Positions 19,976 through 28,377 of a stretch of 64,000 nucleotides of DNA are shown here, one piece after another. The DNA lies in the IMG/VR virus record IMGVR_UViG_3300047548_001236, positions 124,001 to 188,000 of that record, one strand, 5' to 3'. The translations under genes were made by a program, and so were the position numbers. Each line of letters opens with the position of its first letter. Position 1 is the first letter of the stretch. Under the pieces are notes generated by a model. The model was not told the DNA's origin. It searched no databases and saw only the letters and a list, made by a program, of their open reading frames with translations.

Positions 19976-22854
19976 TGGCATCAACAATCAGAATTAAAAG
20001 GTCGGGAAGTACAGTTTCGCCAACGACTCTCGCGTCGGGCGAACTTGCATACTCCTGGGCAGCAGGAGCCGGGGGTAAACTATACCTAGGTACTGGAAGT
20101 GAAATCATTGCAGGTCAGGCACCTAACATCGATGTCATCGGTGGTAAGTTCTTCACTGACATGCTGGACCATACGGCTGGTACGCTAACAGCAAGCTCGG
20201 CAATTATTGTCGATGCAAATAGCAAAATTAATCAGCTGTTCGTCGATAACATCTCTGTCGACGGTAACACAATCACGACAACAGACCTGAACGGTAACTT
20301 GGTATTCAATACCAACGGAACGGGTGTATTTGACTTCTCGGGAAAGAGACTGACAAATCTCGCCGCTCCAGTTAATAGTGGTGACGCCGTCACACTAGGA
20401 TATCTGACGACTTCCTTTTCTAGCGCTCTCAACATAACGGGCGATACTGGCTCTGATTCAATATCGCTATTGTCTGAAACGCTAGACTTTAACGGTGGTA
20501 CAGGAATCTCTACTGCTGTCACGGCAAACACGGTAACGTTCAATCTGACCAATACCGGTGTAGCGGCTGGATCGTATGGATCTGCGACAGCAATTCCAAC
20601 ATTCACCGTCAACGCTCAAGGCCGTCTGACTGCAGCCGCTAACGTCAGCATTGCTATTCCTTCGACGCAGATCACTGATTTCACTGAGGCAGTGCAAGAC
20701 GTTGCTGGCGGAATGGTTAGCGGATCTACCCAAAATGGTATTTCTGTCACCTACGACGACAACACCGGTAAACTGAACTTTGACGTTAATGATCCAGTAA
20801 TTACGCTGTCGGGTGACGTTGCTGGTTCTGCGACAATGACCAATCTTGGTAACGTTACTATCACGACAACAATCCAAGCCAACTCCGTTGCTCTGGGTGT
20901 CGATACAACTGGTAACTATGTTGCCAGCCTGACGCAAGGGACAGGAGTATTCATCACAGGTGGTACTGGCGAAGGTTCTACTCCAACGATTGCAATTGGG
21001 CAAGACGTATCACCAACCGCAAACGTCGTGTTTGCTGGTGTTAACGTAACTGGTTCAATGTTGATTGACGGAAACCTGACTGTTTCAGGTAACACGTTCG
21101 TTGTCTCAACACAAACACTCGCTGTCCAAGACAACTTGATTTATTTGAACGAGGCGTCCACTGAAACTATCATCAACGCTGTAGGTGATGGGGATGATGT
21201 CGTTTATACCGTTTCAGGTGTCAATACGTTCAAAACTGGACAAAGTGTCACTGTCACGGGCGTTTCACCTTCGCAATATAACGTCAACAATGCTATCATC
21301 GCATTTTCTAACACCACAGCTTTCTCGGTTGCAAGTACAGCGACGGGAACATACGTGTCTGGTGGTACTGCATTCGCAAGAACAGCAGCAAACCCTGATC
21401 TTGGTTTTGTAGGTGGTTACGATGATGGAACCTACGCACATGCCGGTTTCTTTAGAGATGCGACCGACAACCGTTTCAAGGTGTTCACTGGTTATACTCT
21501 CGAACCAGAAGTTTTCATTGATACAGCAGATCCGTCGTTCAAACTTGCAGATATGCAAGCAAACACGTTCTACGGCGCTCTGTCTGGTAATGCATCTAGC
21601 GCATCGAAGCTGGAAACAGCTAGAACCATTTCACTCGGAGGAGATCTCAGCGGATCGACCTCGTTTGACGGTTCGACCAACGTTACGATCACAGCGTCCA
21701 TAAACGCCAACACGATCACCAACGCTGACATTGCTTCCAACGCTGCGATTGCGATCACGAAGCTGGCCGCTTCAACGATTTCGGGAATCTCCCTTGGCAA
21801 CAACCTGAACTCTGTAACGTTTAACAACAGCGGAACGGGAGCTGCTTCCGGTTCTACGTATAACGGTAGCACAGCCGTAACAATTTCACACAACACCATT
21901 GGCGCATCGCCTTTGGCAGGTTCGTCTTCGATAACAACAGTCGGTACGATCACTTCTGGTACATGGAACGGTTCGATTATCAGTCCGACGTATGGTGGCA
22001 CTGGTGTAAACAACGGTTCCAACACTCTTACCATCAACACTGCAAACGTCGCATTTACTGCTGCGGCTGGTGGCTCCTCATTAACACTGCCTGCAACTGG
22101 CACACTTGCTACGCTTGAAGGTAACGAAACGTTTACCGGGCAGAAGGCATTCAGCAGCGCCATAACCATGTCGACCACGACAGGAACCTTGTCGCTTGGT
22201 ACAAGCCAAACGACCGGCGTGTTCACCATGGGTGGCGTTTCTCAGACAGGTACGATCACGCTTGGACGTTCCACGGTTACTCAGACTGTTGACATCGCAG
22301 TTGGTGCAACGTCTACGGGCAACACCAAGACTGTCAACATCGGTACAAATGGAACTGCTGGATCCACGACCAACATCAACATCGGTTCGACCGCTGGCGG
22401 TACGACCGCAATCAGCAGCCCAACACTGACTGCAAACAACATTACTGCATCTGGAACCATAACAGGGACTCTTAGTGGCAACGCTACAACAGCATCTCGT
22501 CTGCAAACTGCACGTACGATTGCTCTGGCCGGAGATGTTGCAGGTTCTGTGTCGTTTGATGGATCGGCCAACGTTTCGATCACAACAACGATTCAGCCAA
22601 ACTCAGTTGCTCTGGGCACAGATACCACAGGCGACTATGTAGCGTTTGTTGCCAACACAGCTGGTTCGGGTGTTCTGGTTACAGGAACGGCTGGTGAAGG
22701 TGCAACCTTCACTGTATCTGGTATCAACGCAACGTTGACTGTCAAGGGTGTGGCATCGTTTGGCGGTTATGCTGACGACGCAAATACAGTGCGACAGTTC
22801 GCTGTGACAGGCGGAGACGTTTCGATAATTAACCTTGACGGCGGTTCGTTCTAA
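19975..22854 (+). CDS. Long tail fibre-like protein
   Basis: N-terminal IRIKRS...LASGELAYS. T/G/S/N-rich, with internal repeats (ITLSGDVAGS, ISLGGDLSGS, IALAGDVAGS). Ends DGGSF. Confidence 0.75.
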   Translation: MASTIRIKRSGSTVSPTTLASGELAYSWAAGAGGKLYLGTGSEIIAGQAPNIDVIGGKFFTDMLDHTAGTLTASSAIIVDANSKINQLFVDNISVDGNTITTTDLNGNLVFNTNGTGVFDFSGKRLTNLAAPVNSGDAVTLGYLTTSFSSALNITGDTGSDSISLLSETLDFNGGTGISTAVTANTVTFNLTNTGVAAGSYGSATAIPTFTVNAQGRLTAAANVSIAIPSTQITDFTEAVQDVAGGMVSGSTQNGISVTYDDNTGKLNFDVNDPVITLSGDVAGSATMTNLGNVTITTTIQANSVALGVDTTGNYVASLTQGTGVFITGGTGEGSTPTIAIGQDVSPTANVVFAGVNVTGSMLIDGNLTVSGNTFVVSTQTLAVQDNLIYLNEASTETIINAVGDGDDVVYTVSGVNTFKTGQSVTVTGVSPSQYNVNNAIIAFSNTTAFSVASTATGTYVSGGTAFARTAANPDLGFVGGYDDGTYAHAGFFRDATDNRFKVFTGYTLEPEVFIDTADPSFKLADMQANTFYGALSGNASSASKLETARTISLGGDLSGSTSFDGSTNVTITASINANTITNADIASNAAIAITKLAASTISGISLGNNLNSVTFNNSGTGAASGSTYNGSTAVTISHNTIGASPLAGSSSITTVGTITSGTWNGSIISPTYGGTGVNNGSNTLTINTANVAFTAAAGGSSLTLPATGTLATLEGNETFTGQKAFSSAITMSTTTGTLSLGTSQTTGVFTMGGVSQTGTITLGRSTVTQTVDIAVGATSTGNTKTVNIGTNGTAGSTTNINIGSTAGGTTAISSPTLTANNITASGTITGTLSGNATTASRLQTARTIALAGDVAGSVSFDGSANVSITTTIQPNSVALGTDTTGDYVAFVANTAGSGVLVTGTAGEGATFTVSGINATLTVKGVASFGGYADDANTVRQFAVTGGDVSIINLDGGSF

Positions 22855-22865
22855 GGAGCAAGCAA

Positions 22866-23177
22866 ATGGCGATAGTATACACCTGGAAGATACTTCAAAT
22901 GGATAGAAACGTAGCTGACGACGGTGTTGTCGTTGCCCATTGGAGCTGCTTAGGTAAAGACGAAGTAACGGAAAATACAGACAGGGTGTACGGTTCTGTA
23001 TCGTTCACCCCAAATCCTGAAAGTCCCGATTTCATCCCATACGAAAACCTCACAGAAGAAATTGTTCTAGGATGGTTGTGGAACGGTAAAATCGACAAGC
23101 AGGAATATGAAAATGTTGTTGCTGCAACAATCCAAACGCTGAACAACCCTCCAACCGTATCAGGGCTCCCCTGGTAA
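22866..23177 (+). CDS. Putative tail fibre assembly/accessory protein
   Basis: 103 aa, YTWKI...FIPYENLTEEIVLGWL...GLPW. AAGGAG RBS. Lies directly after a fibre gene. Confidence 0.55.
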   Translation: MAIVYTWKILQMDRNVADDGVVVAHWSCLGKDEVTENTDRVYGSVSFTPNPESPDFIPYENLTEEIVLGWLWNGKIDKQEYENVVAATIQTLNNPPTVSGLPW

Positions 23178-23239
23178 GTCCTACATAATCACAAAAGCGT
23201 ATATACGCTTTTCAAGTTATATAACAAACGTGAGGTCAC

Positions 23240-24511
23240 ATGACGGATACACTTATCAAACTGCGTAGAAGCGCAGTTCCTGGAAAAATACCATCAGATG
23301 CACAACTGCAGCTGGGTGAGGTCGCCATCAACACATATGATGGTAAGATGTTCTTCAAGCAATCGTCGACGTCGAACACAATCCTCCAAGTCGCAACAAC
23401 GTCTCTAAATTTAAGCGATTTTGCAAGCACCACCTCTGCACAGCTTGCTAGTATCATCAGCGATGAGATCGGTACTGGATCTCTCGTTTTTTCAAATGCA
23501 CCCACGCTAGTAACACCTGTCATTAACGGTAACACAACATTCGACAGTGGAACGCTGTTTATTGATTCGGTCAATAATAGAGTCGGTGTTGGAACTATAT
23601 CTCCCACACAACAATTTGAAGCGACTACCGGTAAATTTTCCAACGTCATCCTTGGTACAGACAGCGCTGATGCAAGCAAACGGTTGTCGATATTTTATGA
23701 TCCTGGTGTTCCCGGTGCAGTAATAGACGCTCCCAGCAACAGATTATTGATTCGTACGTTCGGTTCTGAAAGAATGAGAGTCGAGCAGACCGGATTCGTT
23801 GGAATAGGTAACACGGCACCGTCTGAAAGACTTCATGTTGACGGTAATATCAGACTTTCGGGAGCTGTTGTTGATTATGTCGGTTCTAAAGGAACGCTAG
23901 GACAGGTCCTCACATCTGACGGTTCAAAATCATACTGGGCTGACCCAACTGGCGGTGGTAGCGGTGGTATTGCTACAGCTTCACAATCAATTGTTCGCGA
24001 TATATTTACTGGCAACTCTGCTGCTTCGAGCTACACTCTTTCTACTACACCAATAGCAGAACGTTTTGTTATAGTTACCATAAACGGTATTGTTCAGCAA
24101 GATGCTGCATATAGTGTTGCAGGGACTTCGCTTGTTTTCGATGAGCCGCTTGCAAACACAGACGTGGTCGAGGCAAGAACGTTTGTTCCATACAACCCAT
24201 TTATGACGGATGCGTCTGCGACATTTGCCAACACATCGCCTAGTCAAGTTTTAGATACCTTTGACTCAACTTTGTATAGAACAGCTAAGTACCTGGTACA
24301 AATCGCCAACACGTCTTCCTATCAAGCGGCTGAGGTGTTGTTGATTCACGATGGTTCACAGGTATTCATTACTGAATATGCTCAACTGGCAACAGGAACG
24401 TCTCTTGGTGTAATCGACGCCGACATATCAGGTGGAAATGTCAGACTGCTTGTCAACCCATCATTTCCAAACGTCACGGCAAAATCAATCCGTTATAGCA
24501 TAGGTGTATGA
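23240..24511 (+). CDS. Tail fibre-like protein
   Basis: IKLRRSAVPGKIP...GEVAINTYDGK N-terminus, VGIGNTAPSERLHV repeats, and a YRTAKYLVQ...EVLLIHDG C-terminal domain. Confidence 0.75.
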   Translation: MTDTLIKLRRSAVPGKIPSDAQLQLGEVAINTYDGKMFFKQSSTSNTILQVATTSLNLSDFASTTSAQLASIISDEIGTGSLVFSNAPTLVTPVINGNTTFDSGTLFIDSVNNRVGVGTISPTQQFEATTGKFSNVILGTDSADASKRLSIFYDPGVPGAVIDAPSNRLLIRTFGSERMRVEQTGFVGIGNTAPSERLHVDGNIRLSGAVVDYVGSKGTLGQVLTSDGSKSYWADPTGGGSGGIATASQSIVRDIFTGNSAASSYTLSTTPIAERFVIVTINGIVQQDAAYSVAGTSLVFDEPLANTDVVEARTFVPYNPFMTDASATFANTSPSQVLDTFDSTLYRTAKYLVQIANTSSYQAAEVLLIHDGSQVFITEYAQLATGTSLGVIDADISGGNVRLLVNPSFPNVTAKSIRYSIGV

Positions 24512-24512
24512 C

Positions 24513-25484
24513 ATGACTACAAAAGTTAAACTAAGCAACTTGTCTCAAGAAGTGCTCGCAGGAGTTGGAGGTGGATCTGGCGGAAACGGAACATCTTCTG
24601 TAGACTTCCATAATATCGGCGGTGGCGTTGAAGTTACACACCGCTACATCGGAGCATATGACGCTTGTTTTTGGGATGCTACAGACGGGCTTTATAAAAG
24701 CGGGTTAAACTTAGATAATGCTACTAGTTTATTCAATACTGCTGAAGATCGACTAGCAAGCGTAAGTGGTATTTACCCTATTGTTGGCTTAACAAGAAAC
24801 GAAGCAAGGTTGATGGCAGCAAATAACGGGACAGGATGGAGACAGTTAGATTTTACACTAGCATCTGCCATTCAGCTACTTTATCTCGTAGAGTATCAAA
24901 CATTCTTTAGTCAAAATGTGTTAGGAGCAGGTAACACTAATGGAAGTTATATAGCAAGCAGTAGCAACCAAACAGACAGTCCACACACTATAGCAGGCGC
25001 TGGAAATGTGTTGGGTAACAGCAGTACCAATATTACAACAGGCGCAGGTGTAAATGCTAAACCTGGTACAAGTTTTATGAAGTATCGTGGAATCGAGAAC
25101 TTTTACGGTAATTGTTGGAATTGGGTTGACGGTCTAAACATTAATATAGGGACAGCCGGTACAGCATTCTATACCAACAATAGAGCAGATTTTATTGATG
25201 ACGTTTCAACAAATATGATTCTGTTAGCAAACAATATTGCAACCTCTTCTGGATTTATTCGCAATATTAATACAGGCAATCTGGGATTCTTACCGACTGA
25301 CACTGTGGGTGCGTCAAGTACAACTTATATAACTGATCAAGCATTTTTGACAACTTCATTAAACCGTGTCGCCCATCTCGGTGGTCTTGCGAATTCTGGT
25401 GTGGATGCTGGGGTTTTCTGCTGGGATCTGTCTAATGATTCGTCGCTTCGGCTTCGGTGTTTCGGTGCACGCGCCTGCTTCTAA
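24513..25484 (+). CDS. DGR target protein 1 (C-type lectin/FGE-like adhesin domain, Mtd-like)
   Basis: GIENFYGNCWNWVDG motif and a C-terminal VR (LGG...AGVF.W.L....R.R.FGARACF). Start at 24513 preferred because of the AGGTG RBS. Confidence 0.9.
   Translation: MTTKVKLSNLSQEVLAGVGGGSGGNGTSSVDFHNIGGGVEVTHRYIGAYDACFWDATDGLYKSGLNLDNATSLFNTAEDRLASVSGIYPIVGLTRNEARLMAANNGTGWRQLDFTLASAIQLLYLVEYQTFFSQNVLGAGNTNGSYIASSSNQTDSPHTIAGAGNVLGNSSTNITTGAGVNAKPGTSFMKYRGIENFYGNCWNWVDGLNINIGTAGTAFYTNNRADFIDDVSTNMILLANNIATSSGFIRNINTGNLGFLPTDTVGASSTTYITDQAFLTTSLNRVAHLGGLANSGVDAGVFCWDLSNDSSLRLRCFGARACF
25369..25475 (+). repeat. Variable repeat VR1
   Basis: Aligns ungapped to 27111-27217 over 107 bp with 19 mismatches, 18 of them at TR adenines (the exception is GTC to GTT). 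Confidence 0.95.
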
Positions 25485-25533
25485 ACAGATGCAGACAACG
25501 ATCTGAAAGATCGTTGTCCGTGTATAGAAGCAG
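25475..25533 (+). other. IMH region plus nested hairpin after VR1
   Basis: Inner stem GACAACGATCT-GAA-AGATCGTTGTC (25494-25518). Outer stem CTGCTTCTA (25475-25483) pairs with TAGAAGCAG (25525-25533). Confidence 0.85.
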
Positions 25534-25552
25534 ATAAATAAAAGGAAAACAA

Positions 25553-25804
25553 ATGAAAAGCTACAGTCTACATCAACAACCAACATACAGCCCAAGTGGC
25601 AAGGAACTTAGGATTAATTTCAACCATCAATTAGTTGAAACAAGTAATGAATGGGAAGAAACATCGAGTATGCGGGTTTGTGATCAGATTCTGTTGTCTG
25701 TTACTGCTACTAGAGAACAGATTATAGACGCAATCAACCTAATCGATCCATCACAAGCCGAAACATTAGCAGACGGTTGGTTTAGACAAGAGGAAAAATT
25801 ATGA
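25553..25804 (+). CDS. Small protein between the DGR targets, homologous to 28374-28610
   Basis: GATAAATA (25533-25540) and AAGGA RBS upstream. LRINFNHQLVE resembles IRVHWNHEQVE. Confidence 0.75.
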   Translation: MKSYSLHQQPTYSPSGKELRINFNHQLVETSNEWEETSSMRVCDQILLSVTATREQIIDAINLIDPSQAETLADGWFRQEEKL

Positions 25805-26991
25805 ATGTAAGAATAGGCCCAGAAAATCGAACCCTTCTTAATCTAGGTTGGAATCAAGTAAACGATACCTATACACCAACAACAACTAGAAATACAGTGA
25901 GTGCAGTTCATCTCAGAATGCGCCGTTGTTTGCTCAATTTGAATGGTACAGTCAACTACTATCTTGATCCAAATGATAGTACCAAGAAAGCTGACGGGAC
26001 ACCTTCTGTTCTCACGGGTGCTGATGGATATGTGATGGTGGAAATACCCAAGTTTTCATTCAAATACACATACGCCGCAGGGCAGTATTTCTGGGAAGTA
26101 GTGATCGGTAAACGAGATGGCTACACACTTCACCCGGCATTCATAAAGGATGGGGTTGAAGTAGAGAACCGTTATATCGGTGCCTATGATGCCTGCGTAT
26201 GGGATGCGACTACCGATACATATATCAGCGGTCTAAACTTAGATAACTCAGATACATTGATTGACATTGCTGTTGATAGATTGGCAAGTGTATCCGGTGT
26301 TTATCCAATGGTTGGTCAGACTCGAGCAAGATTTAGATCACTTGCTGATAACAATGGTACGGGTTGGAGGCAGTTAGATTTTTGGCTAGCGAGCGCTGTT
26401 CAGCTCCTCTATCTGATTGAGTATGATACTTTTAAAAGCCAGCAAGTGTTAGGATTGGGTAATGTCAGTTCATCATATTTGACGTCTAGCAGCAATCAGT
26501 CGGATAGCCCTCACACTATCGCTGGTGCATCAAATGCGTTAGGTAATCGATCTACCAACGGAACGCAACCAAGCGCTGGTGCAAGACCTGGGATTGCTTA
26601 TATGAGTTATCGTGGAATCGAGAACTTTTACGGTAATTGTTGGAATTGGGTTGACGGGTTTAACCTGATTAATTTTGTAGCTTGGGTCACTAACAATAGA
26701 ACAAACTTTGTCGATGATGTAACAACAAATATGACTAATATCGGTACACTCGCAAGCACATCTGGATTTGCAACAGATATTGTCAATTATGGTGGTACAT
26801 TTTTACCGAGTACCGTGGGTGGGTCATCTACTACACGATTGACAGACCAACTATTTGTATCTTCTGGTAACCGTGTCGCCCGTCTCGGTGGTAGTGCGAA
26901 TCTTGGTGTGGATGCTGGGGTCTTCTGCTGGGCTCTGAATGATGATTCGTCGTATCGGAATCGGCCGATCGGTGCGCGCGCCTGCTTCTAA
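25801..26991 (+). CDS. DGR target protein 2 (C-type lectin/FGE-like adhesin domain)
   Basis: VMVEIPKF, LHPAF, YIGAYDA and GIENFYGNCWNWVDG motifs, with a C-terminal VR. Confidence 0.9.
   Translation: MNVRIGPENRTLLNLGWNQVNDTYTPTTTRNTVSAVHLRMRRCLLNLNGTVNYYLDPNDSTKKADGTPSVLTGADGYVMVEIPKFSFKYTYAAGQYFWEVVIGKRDGYTLHPAFIKDGVEVENRYIGAYDACVWDATTDTYISGLNLDNSDTLIDIAVDRLASVSGVYPMVGQTRARFRSLADNNGTGWRQLDFWLASAVQLLYLIEYDTFKSQQVLGLGNVSSSYLTSSSNQSDSPHTIAGASNALGNRSTNGTQPSAGARPGIAYMSYRGIENFYGNCWNWVDGFNLINFVAWVTNNRTNFVDDVTTNMTNIGTLASTSGFATDIVNYGGTFLPSTVGGSSTTRLTDQLFVSSGNRVARLGGSANLGVDAGVFCWALNDDSSYRNRPIGARACF
26876..26982 (+). repeat. Variable repeat VR2
   Basis: Aligns ungapped to the TR over 107 bp with 16 mismatches, 15 at TR adenines (the exception is the T of AAT to CCG). 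Confidence 0.95.
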
Positions 26992-27040
26992 ACAGATGCA
27001 GTCAACGATCTGAAAGATCGTTGTCCGTGTATAGAAGCAG
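26982..27040 (+). other. IMH region plus nested hairpin after VR2
   Basis: Same element as after VR1 with a single substitution. Inner stem CAACGATCT-GAA-AGATCGTTG (27003-27023). Confidence 0.85.
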
Positions 27041-27048
27041 TATAAATA
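27041..27048 (+). promoter_or_regulatory. T4-type late promoter upstream of TR/RT
   Basis: Exact TATAAATA in the intergenic gap. Confidence 0.8.
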
Positions 27049-27073
27049 AAACATGTGAAAGGAGAATACACTA

Positions 27074-27331
27074 ATGATTAGAATAGGGGTGCAGTATCAA
27101 TGCCCAGTATTCACCCATCTCGGTGGTAATGCGAATAATGGTGTGAATGCTGGGGTCTTCTACTGGAATCTGAATAATGATTCGTCGAATCGGAATCGGA
27201 ATATCGGTGCACACGCCAATCCCCAAAGCAATGCTGTAAAGATACTGACTCCTCACCTCTTGGTGAAATCTGTCGCCACAAAAAGTTTGGTAGGGAAACC
27301 GAAGAACTTGGCTGGGGGATGCAGGAAATGA
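27074..27331 (+). CDS. TR-containing ORF (85 aa), possibly translated and coupled to the RT
   Basis: AAGGAG RBS about 9 nt upstream. The TR is in frame. Its TGA (27329-27331) overlaps the RT ATG (27328-27330). Confidence 0.5.
   Translation: MIRIGVQYQCPVFTHLGGNANNGVNAGVFYWNLNNDSSNRNRNIGAHANPQSNAVKILTPHLLVKSVATKSLVGKPKNLAGGCRK
27111..27217 (+). repeat. DGR template repeat (TR)
   Basis: Contains 27 adenines, including 10 in-frame AAT codons. It is the adenine-retaining copy of VR1 and VR2, and diverges after ...CACGCC (IMH*). Confidence 0.95.
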
Positions 27332-28377
27332 AACGATACGGGAATCTATTTGAAAAAATCTGCGACTTAGATAATCTTCTACTTGCACATCAGAACGCTA
27401 GATTAGGAAAATCTAGCTATAAAGAAGTTCAAATGGTAGACAAAAATCCACGTTATTATGCTGAAAAACTAAGACATCTTTTACAATCTAAGACGTTTAC
27501 AACAAGTAAGTATCAAATATTCTGGAAAGATTGTGGAACTAAACAGAGATACATCTACAAGTTACCTTACTGGCCAGATAGAATAGTTCAACATGCTCTG
27601 ATGCAAATTGTAGAACCGATATTCACAAGGACTTTAATCCGTGATACTTTCCAGTCGATAAAAGAGAGAGGTACACACGATTGTAGAAAACGGCTTCAAA
27701 AAGCAATAGAAAATATCAAAGAAGACTCATATGTTTTAAACTTTGACATTAAGCAGTTTTACCCATCTGTCGACAATCAACTACTAAAAGTGTTAGTGAG
27801 ACGTAAAATCAAATGTAAAGATACACTTTGGTTGCTTGATGATATTATTGACTCAACAAAAGGTCTCCCTGTAGGAAACTACAGTAGCCAGATTTTAGGT
27901 AATTTATACTTATCTGCTATGGATCACTATGCAAAAGAAACTCTAGGAATCAAACACTATTTTAGATATTGCGATGATATAGTTATTCTCGCTGACACAA
28001 AAGAGCAATGTAATTTATATAAGAAAAAACTATTTAATATAGTCGATCGGTTAAAGTTAACTGTGAAAAGCAACTGGCAGGTTTTCCCGTTTTCAACAAG
28101 AGCGGTAGATTTTATTGGTTGGGTATTTTCGAAAAGCCGGGTGCGGCTTAGAAAGAGAACTGCGCGTAGATTCACAAATAAAGTTATGATGATAAAGAAG
28201 AATCACAGGCGAATATCACCGGCTCATGCTGTATGCTCTATTATGTCCTACTGGGGTCAGTTTAAACACATTAATTCAAAAAGACTCTGGAAACAGCACA
28301 TAGATAAAGAATTTATGAATAAGACAGATAAATTTTTCGATAAACAAAATCTATTTAGAGAGGTGATCTGCAAATGA
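27328..28377 (+). CDS. DGR reverse transcriptase
   Basis: MKRYGNLFEKI start, DRIVQHAL, FDIKQFYPSVD, the DGR-type GLPVGNYSSQ motif, catalytic RYCDD and DFIGW. No maturase or endonuclease domain. Confidence 0.95.
   Translation: MKRYGNLFEKICDLDNLLLAHQNARLGKSSYKEVQMVDKNPRYYAEKLRHLLQSKTFTTSKYQIFWKDCGTKQRYIYKLPYWPDRIVQHALMQIVEPIFTRTLIRDTFQSIKERGTHDCRKRLQKAIENIKEDSYVLNFDIKQFYPSVDNQLLKVLVRRKIKCKDTLWLLDDIIDSTKGLPVGNYSSQILGNLYLSAMDHYAKETLGIKHYFRYCDDIVILADTKEQCNLYKKKLFNIVDRLKLTVKSNWQVFPFSTRAVDFIGWVFSKSRVRLRKRTARRFTNKVMMIKKNHRRISPAHAVCSIMSYWGQFKHINSKRLWKQHIDKEFMNKTDKFFDKQNLFREVICK

Noticed and set aside
27160-27210. Short CGGAAT/AAT periodicity as a CRISPR array or microsatellite
   Set aside because: Explained by the AAT codons of the TR. 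There is no repeat-spacer structure or cas gene anywhere in the window.
27071-27388. 105-aa minus-strand ORF over the TR as a possible avd
   Set aside because: It is the antisense reading of the TR and spacer, with no RBS and no Avd-like helical pattern.
27328-28377. RT as a group II intron, retron or Abi-type RT
   Set aside because: There are no maturase or endonuclease domains and no retron VTG motif. It has the DGR GxxxSQ motif and an adjacent TR with adenine-biased VRs.
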